From: an uncultured delta proteobacterium | Lineage (GTDB): Bacteria > Desulfobacterota > Binatia > Binatales > Binataceae | Length of the DNA stretch: 64,000 nucleotides | NCBI GenBank assembly: GCA_963711565.1 | Contig: CAVQEQ010000001.1 | Span: 256,001-320,000, forward strand | Direction: 5' to 3' | Position numbers and translations under genes: made by a program | The notes under the pieces: generated by a model | Database searches by the model: none | What the model was told of the DNA's origin: nothing | What the model saw: only the letters and a program-made list of their open reading frames with translations | In this document: one piece after another, positions 37,665 through 48,155 of the stretch | Layout of the letters: each line of letters begins with the position of its first letter | How positions within the stretch are numbered: the stretch's first letter is position 1

Positions 37665-40142
37665 TCACAGCATTCTTACCGGATCGATATCGATCGCAAG
37701 ATATATGTCGTCGCGCTCTGCCGACGGCTCGACTTCCGCGCGCATAGCGGCAATCGCGGCGCGCATTGGTTTTAATTCGCGCGATTTTAGCATCACCTGC
37801 CATCGGTAGCGCTGCTTGATCCGTTCGATCGGCGCGGGCGCGGGACCCAGCACCCGGAGTCCCTCCGGCGTCGAATCTTTCGCCAGCGACTTTGCGACCG
37901 CCTCCGCCGTCCGCCTGACGAGTTGCGGCTCGACGCCTTCGATTCGCACCATCGCGAGGCGCGCGAACGGCGGATACATAAGATCGCGGCGCAGTTCCAG
38001 CTCGCGGCGCATGAAGCGCGCGTAGTCCTGATCCCTGGCGGCGCGGACGCTGTAATGATTCGGCGCGAAGGTCTGGATGATGACGCGGCCGGGGCGCTCG
38101 CCGCGTCCCGCGCGTCCCGCGATCTGCGTCAGCAACTGGAACGTGCGCTCGGCGGAACGGAAGTCGGGCATGTTCAGCGCGAGGTCGGCGTTGACCACCG
38201 CGGCCAGCGTGACGCCGGGAAAATCGAATCCCTTGGTGATCATCTGTGTGCCGACAAGAATATCGATTTCGCCGGCGCGAAGCTCGGCCAGCATCCGCGC
38301 ACGCGCGCCGCGCAGACTGCTCGTGTCGGAGTCCATCCGTTCGATGCGCGCGGTCGGCATCAGCTCGGCCAGCGTCTGCGTCAGTCGCTCGGTGCCGAAG
38401 CCCTGCCCCTTCAGCCCGTAGCCTTTGCACTCGGGACACGTGTCCGGCGCCGCCGTATGATTGCCGCAGTAGTGGCAGCGGAGCGAGCGGTCGCGCAGAT
38501 GGAACGTCATGCTGACGCTGCAGTTCGGGCACGCGATTACGTTGCCGCAAATGTGGCATTGCAGAAAATTGTGGAAGCCGCGGCGATTGAGAAAGACCAT
38601 GCTCTGGCCGCGCGAGGCGAGATTTTCGCGCAGCGCAGTAACCAGCGCAGTCGAGAGCGGCACCGTCTCAGGAACTTCCGCCGCTTTTGTTTTCGATTCT
38701 GCGGGACTGGCACCGTTGATTGATTTGGCCGACGCGAGCTTGCGCGCATCGGCGACTTCGCGGCGCATATCGACGACTTCGACCGACGCCATCGCGCGAT
38801 CGTTCACACGCCGCAACAAGCGCAGCAGCCGGTAGCGTCCGCGGCGCGCGTTCGCATACGACTCGCTCGAGGGAGTCGCTGAGCCGAGCACAACGGGACA
38901 TTTCGAGAATCCGGCGAGCGCGACTGCGAGATCGCGCGCGTGATAGTAAATCCCCTCCTCATTCTTGTACGACGCGTCGTGCTCCTCATCGACGACAATC
39001 AACCCGATGTCGTGCATCGGCGCGAAGATCACCGAGCGCGGACCGATCATCACTCGCGCCTGTCCGCCGAGCGCCGCCATCCAGCTCGCCCATCGCTCGG
39101 ACACGCTCTGCGCGCTGTGCGCAATGCCGACCAGGGAACCAAAACGCGCGCGAAACGAGCGCACGATTTCGTCGGCCAGCGCGATCTCGGGCACCATGAT
39201 CAAAACGTTGCGGCCGGCCGCGAGCGCGCGCGCGACGAGGTTCAGGTAAATTTCGGTCTTGCCGCTGGCGGTTACGCCCCACAGCAGAAACGCTTCGTAG
39301 CGGCGATGCTCGATCGCGGGCGAGATCGCATCGAGCGCGACTTGTTGTTCATCGGTGAGATCGAAGTCCGCCGCGACGCCATGACTTGCCGTGGTCGGCG
39401 TCGCCTCGAGCGCGATCAATCCCCGACCCGCGAGGCTCTTCAGCGCCGCGCTCGCGCCGTCGATTGCGGTTTTCAGATCCGCGACGCGCACGCCCGTCAC
39501 GCCGGCACTGGCGATCGCATTCAGCACTTCGCGCTGCTTCGTGCCGCGCACGCTCTCGACGTTTGCGCCGGCGACGAGCCGCGCGACCAGGTCCGCCGTC
39601 TCGCGATGCCGCCCCGTGGTAGCGTCGCGGCGCTCGAGGATGCCGTCGGCGACGAAGCGCGCAAGCGTCGCGCGCACCTCGCTGGGCGGACCGATTTTCT
39701 CGAGCTGGCGCGTCGATGCGGCGCGCTTGGCGATCGTCTCGACAATCGCGCGCTCGACTCGCGTGAACGTTGCCCGCGCCAGCGCGTCGGGCGGAGTCGC
39801 AAGCGTGTACGCCGTCCGCGACTCGACCCGCGCGACCGCGGGAATCACACTGCGGTACGCGTCCGCAATCGAGACCATGTAGTAGGTCGCGAGGAACTCC
39901 ATCAGTTGCAGATGTGCGCGATCGAACAGCGGCCGCGGCTCGAGCACTTCGAGGATGGGCTTCAGCTCAGTCGTCGAAAGCCGTTCGCCGACCTCGGTGA
40001 CGACGCCGGTCACCTTGCGTGAGCGGAGCGGCGCGAGGACGCGATGGCCCGGCTGGATGAGGCCGTCGAGGGCGGGCGGAATCGAATACGTCAGCGTTTC
40101 GAATCCGCGCGTCGCCCCGACGATCACAATGTTGGCCTGCAT
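37665..40142 (-). CDS. priA: Primosomal protein N'
   Basis: GVTASGKT, DEEHD, SAT, four CxxC, GTQMITKG, QIAGRAGR, DIDP. Confidence 0.96.
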   Translation of the reverse strand: MQANIVIVGATRGFETLTYSIPPALDGLIQPGHRVLAPLRSRKVTGVVTEVGERLSTTELKPILEVLEPRPLFDRAHLQLMEFLATYYMVSIADAYRSVIPAVARVESRTAYTLATPPDALARATFTRVERAIVETIAKRAASTRQLEKIGPPSEVRATLARFVADGILERRDATTGRHRETADLVARLVAGANVESVRGTKQREVLNAIASAGVTGVRVADLKTAIDGASAALKSLAGRGLIALEATPTTASHGVAADFDLTDEQQVALDAISPAIEHRRYEAFLLWGVTASGKTEIYLNLVARALAAGRNVLIMVPEIALADEIVRSFRARFGSLVGIAHSAQSVSERWASWMAALGGQARVMIGPRSVIFAPMHDIGLIVVDEEHDASYKNEEGIYYHARDLAVALAGFSKCPVVLGSATPSSESYANARRGRYRLLRLLRRVNDRAMASVEVVDMRREVADARKLASAKSINGASPAESKTKAAEVPETVPLSTALVTALRENLASRGQSMVFLNRRGFHNFLQCHICGNVIACPNCSVSMTFHLRDRSLRCHYCGNHTAAPDTCPECKGYGLKGQGFGTERLTQTLAELMPTARIERMDSDTSSLRGARARMLAELRAGEIDILVGTQMITKGFDFPGVTLAAVVNADLALNMPDFRSAERTFQLLTQIAGRAGRGERPGRVIIQTFAPNHYSVRAARDQDYARFMRRELELRRDLMYPPFARLAMVRIEGVEPQLVRRTAEAVAKSLAKDSTPEGLRVLGPAPAPIERIKQRYRWQVMLKSRELKPMRAAIAAMRAEVEPSAERDDIYLAIDIDPVRML

Positions 40143-40303
40143 CTCGACGATCTCTGCGCATGCAATTTACACCGCGCGCGACTGATCCGGCGAGTCACCT
40201 CGCCGAGCGGTGCTGTCCGGAATCGCGAATTAGGACAGTACCCGCCGAGCGGCCGATTTGCCCCCGCTTTCGCAGACGCGTCCAGTCTGGTTGAATCTGG
40301 TTC

Positions 40304-41473
40304 ATGACGCTCCGATTCCTGACTGCCGGCGAATCGCACGGGCCCGAACTGGTCGCGACGGTTGAAGGCGTGCCCGCCGGATTCGACATCGATGTGGACG
40401 CGATCAACGCCGATCTTGCGCGGCGGCAGAAGGGTTACGGCCGCGGCGGGCGCATGCTGATCGAGAAGGACGAAGTGCGGCCGGTTTCCGGCATCCGCTT
40501 CGGCAAGTCGCTCGGCAGTCCGATCACGTTCATCATCGAGAATCGCGACTTCAAGAACTGGGTCAAGAAGATGTCCGCCGATCCGGGCGATCGCGGCGCG
40601 GCGGAGGTCGTCACGCGCGCGCGGCCCGGCCATGCCGACCTGGCGGGCGTGCTGAAATACAATCTCGAAGATATTCGCGACGTGCTCGAACGGGCGTCGG
40701 CGCGCGAAACCACTGCGCGCGTGGCGATTGGCGGGCTCGCGAAGCAGATTCTGCTGCCGTTCGGGATCGACGTGATCGGCTACGTCGCGAGCATCGGCGC
40801 GACCGAAGCGAAGACCCATCCCGAGTTGAGCATCGCCGAGTTGCGCCGAATCACGGAAGCATCGCAGGTGCGCGTCGCCGATCCCGACGCCGAAAGCAAA
40901 ATAATCGCCGAGATCGATGCGTGCAAAAAAACCGGTGATACGCTCGGCGGCATCGTCGAAGTCGTCGCGACCGGATTGCCGGTCGGGCTCGGCAGCCACG
41001 TGCAATGGGATCGCAAACTCGACGGACGGCTGGCGTTCGCGCTGCTCAGCCTGCAGGCCGCCAAGGGCGTCGAGCTGGGGCTTGGATTCACAGCGGGACG
41101 GATTCGCGGATCGGAGCTTCACGACGAAATCGGTTACGACGCCGAGCATCATCGCTTCACGCGTCATTCGAATAATTCGGGCGGCACCGAGGGCGGCATG
41201 AGCACGGGCGAGCCGCTGCGCGTGCGCGTCGCGTTCAAGCCGCTGTCGACGCTGATGCGGCCGCTGCGATCGGTCGATATCAAAACCAAGGCAGAGGCGG
41301 TCGGCGCGATCGAGCGTTCCGACGTATGCGCGATTCCCGCCGCGGCGGTCATCGCGGAAGCGGTGGTCGCGTTTGAACTCGCGGCGGCTTTCCTGGAAAA
41401 GTTCGGCGGCGATTCGCTGACGGAGATTACGCGCAACTTCAAAGGTTTCATCGAACAGGTCCGCAACTACTGA
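40304..41473 (+). CDS. aroC: Chorismate synthase
   Basis: TAGESHG, RPGHAD, RASARET, GGTEGGMS, RSD. Confidence 0.96.
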   Translation: MTLRFLTAGESHGPELVATVEGVPAGFDIDVDAINADLARRQKGYGRGGRMLIEKDEVRPVSGIRFGKSLGSPITFIIENRDFKNWVKKMSADPGDRGAAEVVTRARPGHADLAGVLKYNLEDIRDVLERASARETTARVAIGGLAKQILLPFGIDVIGYVASIGATEAKTHPELSIAELRRITEASQVRVADPDAESKIIAEIDACKKTGDTLGGIVEVVATGLPVGLGSHVQWDRKLDGRLAFALLSLQAAKGVELGLGFTAGRIRGSELHDEIGYDAEHHRFTRHSNNSGGTEGGMSTGEPLRVRVAFKPLSTLMRPLRSVDIKTKAEAVGAIERSDVCAIPAAAVIAEAVVAFELAAAFLEKFGGDSLTEITRNFKGFIEQVRNY

Positions 41474-41514
41474 ACCGCGGGCGCGCCGCATGGCGGACAA
41501 TTCAGGATCAGAGG

Positions 41515-41596
41515 AGAATCTTGAATCGCGCGCGAAAAATGCGCGCTGCAATCGGACCCTCACCTTGATCCTCTCCCTCGCAGGGAGAGGGGAAGA
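41515..41596. repeat. Repeat family B copy between aroC and aroK
   Basis: CCCTCACCTTGATCCTCTCCC..GGGAGAGGGG; matches 29441-29545. Confidence 0.75.
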
Positions 41597-41600
41597 GCTT

Positions 41601-42176
41601 ATGACGCCCAAACTGGTTCTCACCGGATTCATGGCCACCGGAAAAAGTTCGGTCGGGCCGCTCGTCGCGCGCCAACTCGGATGGGAATTCGTGGACGTGG
41701 ATTCAGTGATTGTCGCGCGCGCCGGGAAAACAATCGCAAAAATTTTTACCGACCACGGCGAGGCGCACTTCCGCCGGCTCGAACGCGAAGTTGTGGCGCA
41801 TCTGACCAGCGATCGCCGGTTGTGCCCCAACTGCCACGGGCCGCATCCCGAGGTGATCTCGACCGGGGGCGGCGTGCTGCTTGACGAATCGAATTGCGTC
41901 GCGCTCAAGCGCGTGGGCGTGATCGTATGCCTGACGGGCAGGCCCGAAGTCATCGCCGCGCGCGTCGAGCGATCGAAAACGAAACGCCCGAAACTGACCG
42001 AGGGTGGCAAGGCCACTTTGGAACGAATCAAAGAGCTGATGGCCGAACGCGCGAACGCTTATGCCCGCGCCGACGTCCAGGTCGACAGCTCAGACCTCAC
42101 GGTCGAGCAACTTGCCGATCACGTAATCGCGGCGTTCGGCGTCCACGCCGCGCGACGAATCCTGCCGCCAGCATAG
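41601..42176 (+). CDS. aroK: Shikimate kinase
   Basis: GFMATGKS, D.D, GEAHFRRLE, STGGG, RP. Confidence 0.93.
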   Translation: MTPKLVLTGFMATGKSSVGPLVARQLGWEFVDVDSVIVARAGKTIAKIFTDHGEAHFRRLEREVVAHLTSDRRLCPNCHGPHPEVISTGGGVLLDESNCVALKRVGVIVCLTGRPEVIAARVERSKTKRPKLTEGGKATLERIKELMAERANAYARADVQVDSSDLTVEQLADHVIAAFGVHAARRILPPA

Positions 42177-42178
42177 CG

Positions 42179-43255
42179 ATGCGCACTATACGCATAGAAC
42201 TCGGCCCCGCTTCGCACGATGCTCATGTCGGCGCGAACATCCTCGACCGGATCGGCGAGCTCGCGCGCGGGGCAGGATTGAAGCCGGGCGCTTGCGCGAT
42301 GATCACGGACGCGACTGTCGAAAAGCTTTACGCCGCGCGGGTCGAGGACGCGATTCGCAAGAGCGGTTTCGCGCCCGTCGTGATTTCAGTGCCGGCCGGT
42401 GAAGCCTCGAAATCTCTCCCGACGCTCGAGTTGCTATACGATCGGATGACCGGCGCCGGGCTCGATCGCAACAGCACGGTGTTCGCACTCGGCGGCGGCG
42501 TCGTCGGCGATCTGGCGGGATTCGCGGCTGCGACATTCTTGCGCGGTGTGCCGTTGGTGCAGGTGCCGACGACGGTGGTCGCGCAAGTCGATTCCGCGCT
42601 CGGCGGCAAGACCGCGATCAATCATCGCCACGCGAAGAACCTGATCGGGGCGTTCTACCAGCCGCGGCTGATCGTCGCCGATGTGAGTATGCTCGCGACG
42701 CTGCCCGACCGAGAATTTCGCGAGGGGCTGGCCGAGGTGATCAAGTACGGCGCGATCATGGACGCGCCGATGATTGCGGACCTCGAACGTGACCTCGACT
42801 CGATACTTGCGCGCCACTCGAATCTGCTCGAGCAAGTCGTCGCGCGATCGCTGTCGCACAAAGCCGCCGTCGTCGGCGCGGACGAGCGCGAAAGTGGACT
42901 GCGCAAAACCTTGAACTTCGGCCATACGGTCGGTCACGCGATCGAAGCGAGCGCCGGCTACGGCAGCTACTTTCACGGTGAAGCGGTGGCTATCGGGATG
43001 GTCGCGGCGGCGCGGCTCTCGAGTCAGTATGCCGGCTTTTCGGCGGACGAAGCGTCGCGGCTCCAGCGCCTGATCGAGCGCGCCGGGTTGCCGACTGCGA
43101 TGCCTCCGGGATGGCGCGACGAAAATTTTCTGCGCGCGCTTGGCCTCGACAAGAAGCGCGCCGCGGGCGCCGTCGAGTTCGTGCTGCTCGATCGCCTTGG
43201 TCATTCGTTAACAAAAAGTCTGTCGATTGACGACATCGTGTCATCTCTGGAGTGA
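42179..43255 (+). CDS. aroB: 3-dehydroquinate synthase
   Basis: GGGVVGD, PTT..AQVDS..GGKT, KNLIGAFYQP, LNFGHT, HGEAV, DKK. Confidence 0.96.
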   Translation: MRTIRIELGPASHDAHVGANILDRIGELARGAGLKPGACAMITDATVEKLYAARVEDAIRKSGFAPVVISVPAGEASKSLPTLELLYDRMTGAGLDRNSTVFALGGGVVGDLAGFAAATFLRGVPLVQVPTTVVAQVDSALGGKTAINHRHAKNLIGAFYQPRLIVADVSMLATLPDREFREGLAEVIKYGAIMDAPMIADLERDLDSILARHSNLLEQVVARSLSHKAAVVGADERESGLRKTLNFGHTVGHAIEASAGYGSYFHGEAVAIGMVAAARLSSQYAGFSADEASRLQRLIERAGLPTAMPPGWRDENFLRALGLDKKRAAGAVEFVLLDRLGHSLTKSLSIDDIVSSLE

Positions 43256-43453
43256 GCTTTCCGGAAAAACCCCGGAGGCAACGACTAATTGTGTTCTTTA
43301 CGTGACTTATTGTCACGAAAAAGTAGCCTGGTTGCTTGGCGTGTTCACGACGTGTTTAGTATGTACTGAGTAGCGTACGCGGGGCTGTTTCAAGCCGTAC
43401 ATGGTCAAGGGCCGGGAAGGACAGGTTAGGCACGCGTAACGCGAAGGAGTCAC

Positions 43454-43672
43454 ATGGATCGTTTCGATGAAATGAAGAGCAAGGTCCTGACGGTGCAGGA
43501 TGTGTCTAACTACCTGCGAGTGCATCCGTCCACCATTTACAGGATGCTCAAAAAGAACAAACTGCCGGCGTTCCGGGTCGGCAGCGACTGGCGCTTCACG
43601 GTCGAGGCGATCGACAAGTGGCGCGCGTCGGTGGAGTCCGGCGTCCCCGGCACCGCAAGCGAGAACGGCTGA
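43454..43672 (+). CDS. HTH_17 / excisionase-like DNA-binding protein
   Basis: LTVQDVSNYLRVHPSTIYRM..LPAFRVGSDWRF; AAGGAG RBS. Confidence 0.88.
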   Translation: MDRFDEMKSKVLTVQDVSNYLRVHPSTIYRMLKKNKLPAFRVGSDWRFTVEAIDKWRASVESGVPGTASENG

Positions 43673-43743
43673 GAATCAAAGCGGGCCGGATAGGCCGCGA
43701 TACGGGATTTGGGCCGCTTCGTCGCCCGGGGGGGGAGTAGCAT

Positions 43744-44310
43744 TCAGCCGGCTTGATCCGGCTTGGGCTCGTCGTCGCCGCCGAAGAACGACGCGAGGAT
43801 GATCAGCACAACGCCGATCGAGATTGCGCTGTCGGCGACGTTGAACACCGGGTAGTTCAGGTCGTAGTAATGCGCGCGCATGAAGTCGATCACGCGGCCG
43901 CGAATCGCCCGATCGATCAGGTTTCCCGCGGCGCCGCCGAGGACCATCGCGAATGCCACCGAAGTAATCGAGATGCGATCCGCTCGCACTATCAGCACGC
44001 CCAGCACGATAATCGCCGCACATGCCATCGTCAGCAGGAACGCCTTCCGCACCCACGGCGGCGCGTCGGCCAGCATGCTGAAGGCGGCGCCGGGATTCAG
44101 CGTGTAGGTGATGTCGAGGTAGTTGGGAATCAACGCGATGCTTTCGTACAGCGCCATGTGCGCCTGCACGAACAGCTTGGTGGCCTGGTCGAGGATGATG
44201 ATCGGAATCGTGACTGCGCCGAACAGAAACAGAAACGGCCTGCGCGGTGGCGATTCGACTGAGTCGTTCCCCGCTCCTCCTTCGGGAAGCACACTGGAAA
44301 GAGGCTTCAC
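43744..44310 (-). CDS. lspA: Lipoprotein signal peptidase (start uncertain)
   Basis: DQATK, NPGAAFS, GAAGNLIDR, VIDF, FNVADS. Confidence 0.93.
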   Translation of the reverse strand: MKPLSSVLPEGGAGNDSVESPPRRPFLFLFGAVTIPIIILDQATKLFVQAHMALYESIALIPNYLDITYTLNPGAAFSMLADAPPWVRKAFLLTMACAAIIVLGVLIVRADRISITSVAFAMVLGGAAGNLIDRAIRGRVIDFMRAHYYDLNYPVFNVADSAISIGVVLIILASFFGGDDEPKPDQAG

Positions 44311-44330
44311 GCTCGACTGTTCTTGCAAGG

Positions 44331-47228
44331 CTACGCTCCAACCACCGCGCGGCATCGCGCGTCGAGCGTATCGCCGCCGGCGTCATCGAAGTATTTCCAG
44401 CATCGCGCGCATTTCGCGCCGGACGCATGACGCCCGACCAGCGTGATTGCGGGATATCCGGCGGCGCGCGCGAAGGTGCCGTTGCCGTCGAGGGTGAAAT
44501 CCTCGCGGCCGTTGGCTTGCCTCCTGATTTCCGCCGCTTCCGCATCGCCCAGAACCGCCACGTCGGAGACGATGAACAAATCCTTCAGCTCTTCGCGATA
44601 GCGCTTGAGCGTTTCCGCAAGACCGCTCTCGGAGCCACTGTCAGCGCCAAGGCTGATCGTCGCATCGAGCGGCGCGCCGATCGTTCCCGACTTGCGCATC
44701 GCCTCGAGCAGCTTGAGCGCTTCGTCGCGCACTTTGAGCAGCCGATCCCATCGCGCCTCGAGCTCGTCGTCGCGCCACGACGGATTCGCCGGATGCATCG
44801 TAGTCAGGTGTACGCTCTCGAGCCGCATCCCCGGCAGGTACGAGTAGACTTCCTCGGCCGTGAACGGGATCAGCGGCGCGAGCATCCTGACGAGCGCGTC
44901 GAGGATGTTGAATAGCGCGGTCTGCGCCGAGCGCCGCTCGCGCGAGTTCTCCGCAGAGCAATAGAGGCGGTCGCGCGCAACGTCGATGTAGAGCGAGCTC
45001 AGATCGACGACGATAAAATTCTGCATCACCTGGAACGCGGTCTGGAATTCGAACGCTTCGTAAGCGCTGCGCACTTCGCTCTTGAGTTTCTCGGTGCGCG
45101 CGAGGATGAAGCGGTCGAATTCGAGCATGTCCTTCAATTCGATCGCGTCGCGCGCGGGATCGAAGTCGGCCAGGTTGCCGAGCACGAAGCGGCAGGTGTT
45201 GCGAATCTTGCGATACGATTCTGACACCGCGCCGAATATCGTCTGGCCTAGCGTGATGTCCGCGGTGTAGTCGAGCGACGCGTACACCAGCCGCAGCACG
45301 TCGGCGCCCATCCGTCCGGCCGCATCGACAGCATCCTCCGAGTTGCCGAGCGACTTCGACATCTTGCGGCCCTTCTCGTCGATCGTCAGGCCGTGGTTGA
45401 TGACGTTCCTGAAGGGCGCGGCGCCGCGATCCGACACGGCGCAGAACAGCGACGAGCTGAACCATCCGCGCGCCTGCTCGACGGCCTCGAGATAGGCGTC
45501 CGCCGGCCACTTGAGTTCCGGCCGCACGGCGAGCACGGCGGCTTGCGACGAGCCCGAATCGAACCACACGTCGAGGATGTCTTCTTCCTTGACGAAGACC
45601 GCGCCGCCGCACTTCGCGCATTTGACGCCGTGCGCGACGAAGTCCGCCGCCGGCAGGCTGTACCACGCGTCGGAGCCTTCGCGTGCGAAAATCTCCTCGA
45701 CGCGATCCATCGTCACCATCAGCGGCGCGACCTCGTCGCATTCCGCGCAGCGGACCGCCGGGATCGGCACGCCCCACGCGCGCTGGCGCGAGATAGTCCA
45801 GTCGGGCCGCGTCTCGGTCATGTTGCGGATTCGATCGCGCGACCATGCGGGATACCACTTCGCGTTGTCGATTGCGTCGATCACCTTGCCGCGCAGTCCA
45901 TGATGATCGACGCTCACGAACCATTGCTCGGTGGCGAGAAAAATCAGCGGATTATGGCATCGCCAGCAATGCGGATAGCTGTGTGAGAAATCCTTCGCGT
46001 GCAGCAGCGCGCCGACCGTCCGCAGTTTTCCGACGATCGATCTGTTCGCTTTGAAGACATTCTGCCCTTCCCACTCGCCGCCGTCTCGCGTGAACACTCC
46101 GCTGCCATCGACGGGCGTGAACGGTGTCAGGCCGTACAGTTTACCGACGACGTAGTCCTCGTAGCCGTGTCCGGGCGCGGTATGCACGAGCCCGGTGCCG
46201 GCGTCGGCGGTGACGTGCTCGGCGTACATCAGCTTGCCGTCGCGCGGCAGAAACGGATGCCGGAAAATATCGCGGCCGTCGAGCGCCTTGATTGCCTCGC
46301 GGTCGAGCGCGATTCGTTTCTCGACCGCCAGCCCACACTCTTTCTCGACACTGTCGGCCAGTCGCGCCGCGACCACGTAGTAGCGATCGCCACCTTTGAG
46401 CGCGACATAGTCGAAGGTCTCGTTGAGTGAGATTCCGAGATTCGCGGGGATAGTCCACGGAGTCGTCGTCCAGATTACGGCCGACAGTTTGCCGGCCTTG
46501 TGCGCGGCAGCGAGCTCAGCGCGGTCGTTGGCTTCCGCAGCCAGCGCGCCGGCGTCATGAAGATTGGAGTTGAACGCGAACGCGACGTAGATCGACGGCG
46601 AAACGTGATCGCGATACTCGACTTCCGCCTCCGCCAGCGCCGAGCGGCAGTCGAAGCACCAATGCACCGGGCGCAGGCCGCGATACACGTAGCCGTTCTC
46701 GACCATCTTGCGCAGCACGCGGATTTCCGCGGCGTCGTACTCGGGCGCCATGGTGAGGTACGGCTTGAACCAGTCGCCGATACATCCGAGGCGCCGGAAA
46801 TCCGAGCGCTGTAGATCGACCCACTTCTCGGCTTCGGCGCGGCACAGCTTGCGCAGCTCGAGCTTGGGCGTCGTGCGCGCCTTGTCGCCGCCGAGGTCGC
46901 GCGACACCTTGTATTCGATCGGCATGCCGTGACAGTCCCATCCCGGCACGAACGGCGTCCGATATCCCAGCATCGAGCGCGAGCGCACGACGAAGTCCTT
47001 GAGAATTTTGTTGAGCGCGGTGCCGAGGTGCACGCGCCCGTTGGCATACGGCGGGCCGTCGTGCAGCACCCACGACTCCGCATCCTTGCGCGCTTCCATC
47101 AGGCGCGCGTAGAGGTCGAGAGCGTCCCAATGCTTGAGCATCTCCGGCTCCCGCTTGGGCAGATTCGCCTTCATCGGAAAGTCGGTTTTGGGAAGTTTCA
47201 GGGTCGATTTGTAGTCGGTCTCAGCCAC
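44331..47228 (-). CDS. ileS: Isoleucine--tRNA ligase
   Basis: DGPPYANG..HLG, GWDCHG, SRQRAWG, KMSKS. Confidence 0.97.
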   Translation of the reverse strand: MAETDYKSTLKLPKTDFPMKANLPKREPEMLKHWDALDLYARLMEARKDAESWVLHDGPPYANGRVHLGTALNKILKDFVVRSRSMLGYRTPFVPGWDCHGMPIEYKVSRDLGGDKARTTPKLELRKLCRAEAEKWVDLQRSDFRRLGCIGDWFKPYLTMAPEYDAAEIRVLRKMVENGYVYRGLRPVHWCFDCRSALAEAEVEYRDHVSPSIYVAFAFNSNLHDAGALAAEANDRAELAAAHKAGKLSAVIWTTTPWTIPANLGISLNETFDYVALKGGDRYYVVAARLADSVEKECGLAVEKRIALDREAIKALDGRDIFRHPFLPRDGKLMYAEHVTADAGTGLVHTAPGHGYEDYVVGKLYGLTPFTPVDGSGVFTRDGGEWEGQNVFKANRSIVGKLRTVGALLHAKDFSHSYPHCWRCHNPLIFLATEQWFVSVDHHGLRGKVIDAIDNAKWYPAWSRDRIRNMTETRPDWTISRQRAWGVPIPAVRCAECDEVAPLMVTMDRVEEIFAREGSDAWYSLPAADFVAHGVKCAKCGGAVFVKEEDILDVWFDSGSSQAAVLAVRPELKWPADAYLEAVEQARGWFSSSLFCAVSDRGAAPFRNVINHGLTIDEKGRKMSKSLGNSEDAVDAAGRMGADVLRLVYASLDYTADITLGQTIFGAVSESYRKIRNTCRFVLGNLADFDPARDAIELKDMLEFDRFILARTEKLKSEVRSAYEAFEFQTAFQVMQNFIVVDLSSLYIDVARDRLYCSAENSRERRSAQTALFNILDALVRMLAPLIPFTAEEVYSYLPGMRLESVHLTTMHPANPSWRDDELEARWDRLLKVRDEALKLLEAMRKSGTIGAPLDATISLGADSGSESGLAETLKRYREELKDLFIVSDVAVLGDAEAAEIRRQANGREDFTLDGNGTFARAAGYPAITLVGRHASGAKCARCWKYFDDAGGDTLDARCRAVVGA

Positions 47229-47324
47229 TCGTCATTCTCGGGTATTTTGGTGAATCTGCGTCCGATCAGATTAACGCACGCGGCGTTGCTGCGCGAGTAT
47301 TGGGTAGGAGACCGATGGTTTTCA

Positions 47325-47405
47325 GTGGGGCGGGCCGCCGTGCCCGCCTCTCCTTAAGGTTGAGGCCATATACGCGCGGAGGGCGGGCACGGCGGCCCGC
47401 CTCAC
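47325..47405. repeat. REP doublet (REPIN-like) of the GTGGGGCGGG 24-mer
   Basis: 47325-47348 and inverted 47382-47405 (1 mismatch). Confidence 0.85.
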
Positions 47406-47475
47406 TAGAAATCAAGATCAAGACAATACCGCGCGTCGGCATGCGTTGCCTGCATTCTCGATTTGGTTGTGTTAG

Positions 47476-48048
47476 ATGGGCCTCATGAAAAATCCCGCGA
47501 AGAGACCGCCATTCATAATTGCTGCCGCGTCATGTCCGGAGACTAGCCACAAATATCCCAACAGCAACGAATGCACCGGCCATCAACGAAGCATCGGCAA
47601 AGTTGCGGGACTGCTGAAGATCGGCGTGAACCTGATGCGGCTGGCGCCGGGAGAGCGAAGTTCGTGGCCTCATGCCGAGGAGAAAGAAGAGGAGTTCGTG
47701 TACGTTCTGGAGGGTGAGGTTGACGCCTGGATCGACGGCGTTCTTCACGCGATGCGCCCGGGCGACTTTGCGGCCTTCCCTGCTGGGACCGGTATCTGCC
47801 ATTGCTTCTTGAACAACAGCAAGCACGATGTCCTGCTGCTTGTGGGCGGAGAGGCCTCGAAGCGCGAGAATCGAATCTACTATCCGCTGCATCCTCAGCG
47901 CCGCGATCAGTTGCCGTCGAGCGAATGGTGGGAGGACATTCCGAAACAGCGCATGGGACCGCATGACGGGATGCCCGACGCGCTCCGACGCCGCTCCGCG
48001 AGACGAGTGACCCGCATAGGTGCCAAACGCCGGCAACCTAACCCCTAG
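47476..48048 (+). CDS. Cupin domain protein
   Basis: PGERSSWPHAE..EEEFVYVLEG, FPAGTG..H. Confidence 0.88.
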   Translation: MGLMKNPAKRPPFIIAAASCPETSHKYPNSNECTGHQRSIGKVAGLLKIGVNLMRLAPGERSSWPHAEEKEEEFVYVLEGEVDAWIDGVLHAMRPGDFAAFPAGTGICHCFLNNSKHDVLLLVGGEASKRENRIYYPLHPQRRDQLPSSEWWEDIPKQRMGPHDGMPDALRRRSARRVTRIGAKRRQPNP

Positions 48049-48073
48049 CCCCTTCCCATATATGGGAAGGGGA
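48037..48073. repeat. Repeat family B-like hairpin
   Basis: CCTAACCCCTAGCCCCTTCCC-ATATAT-GGGAAGGGG. Confidence 0.6.
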
Positions 48074-48155
48074 ACCAAAGTGGGCGTTTGAATCCCGACG
48101 CAGGGCTCCATATCATTTCTCGCGCAGTATCAACTCACTCTTCATAGAAAAAATT

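Noticed and set aside
41490-41600. N-terminal extension of AroK in the ORF track
   Set aside because: It is translated repeat sequence; the kinase fold starts at ATG 41601.
40124-42031. 635-aa minus-strand ORF
   Set aside because: Antisense shadow of aroC and aroK that runs through a repeat; no domain signal.
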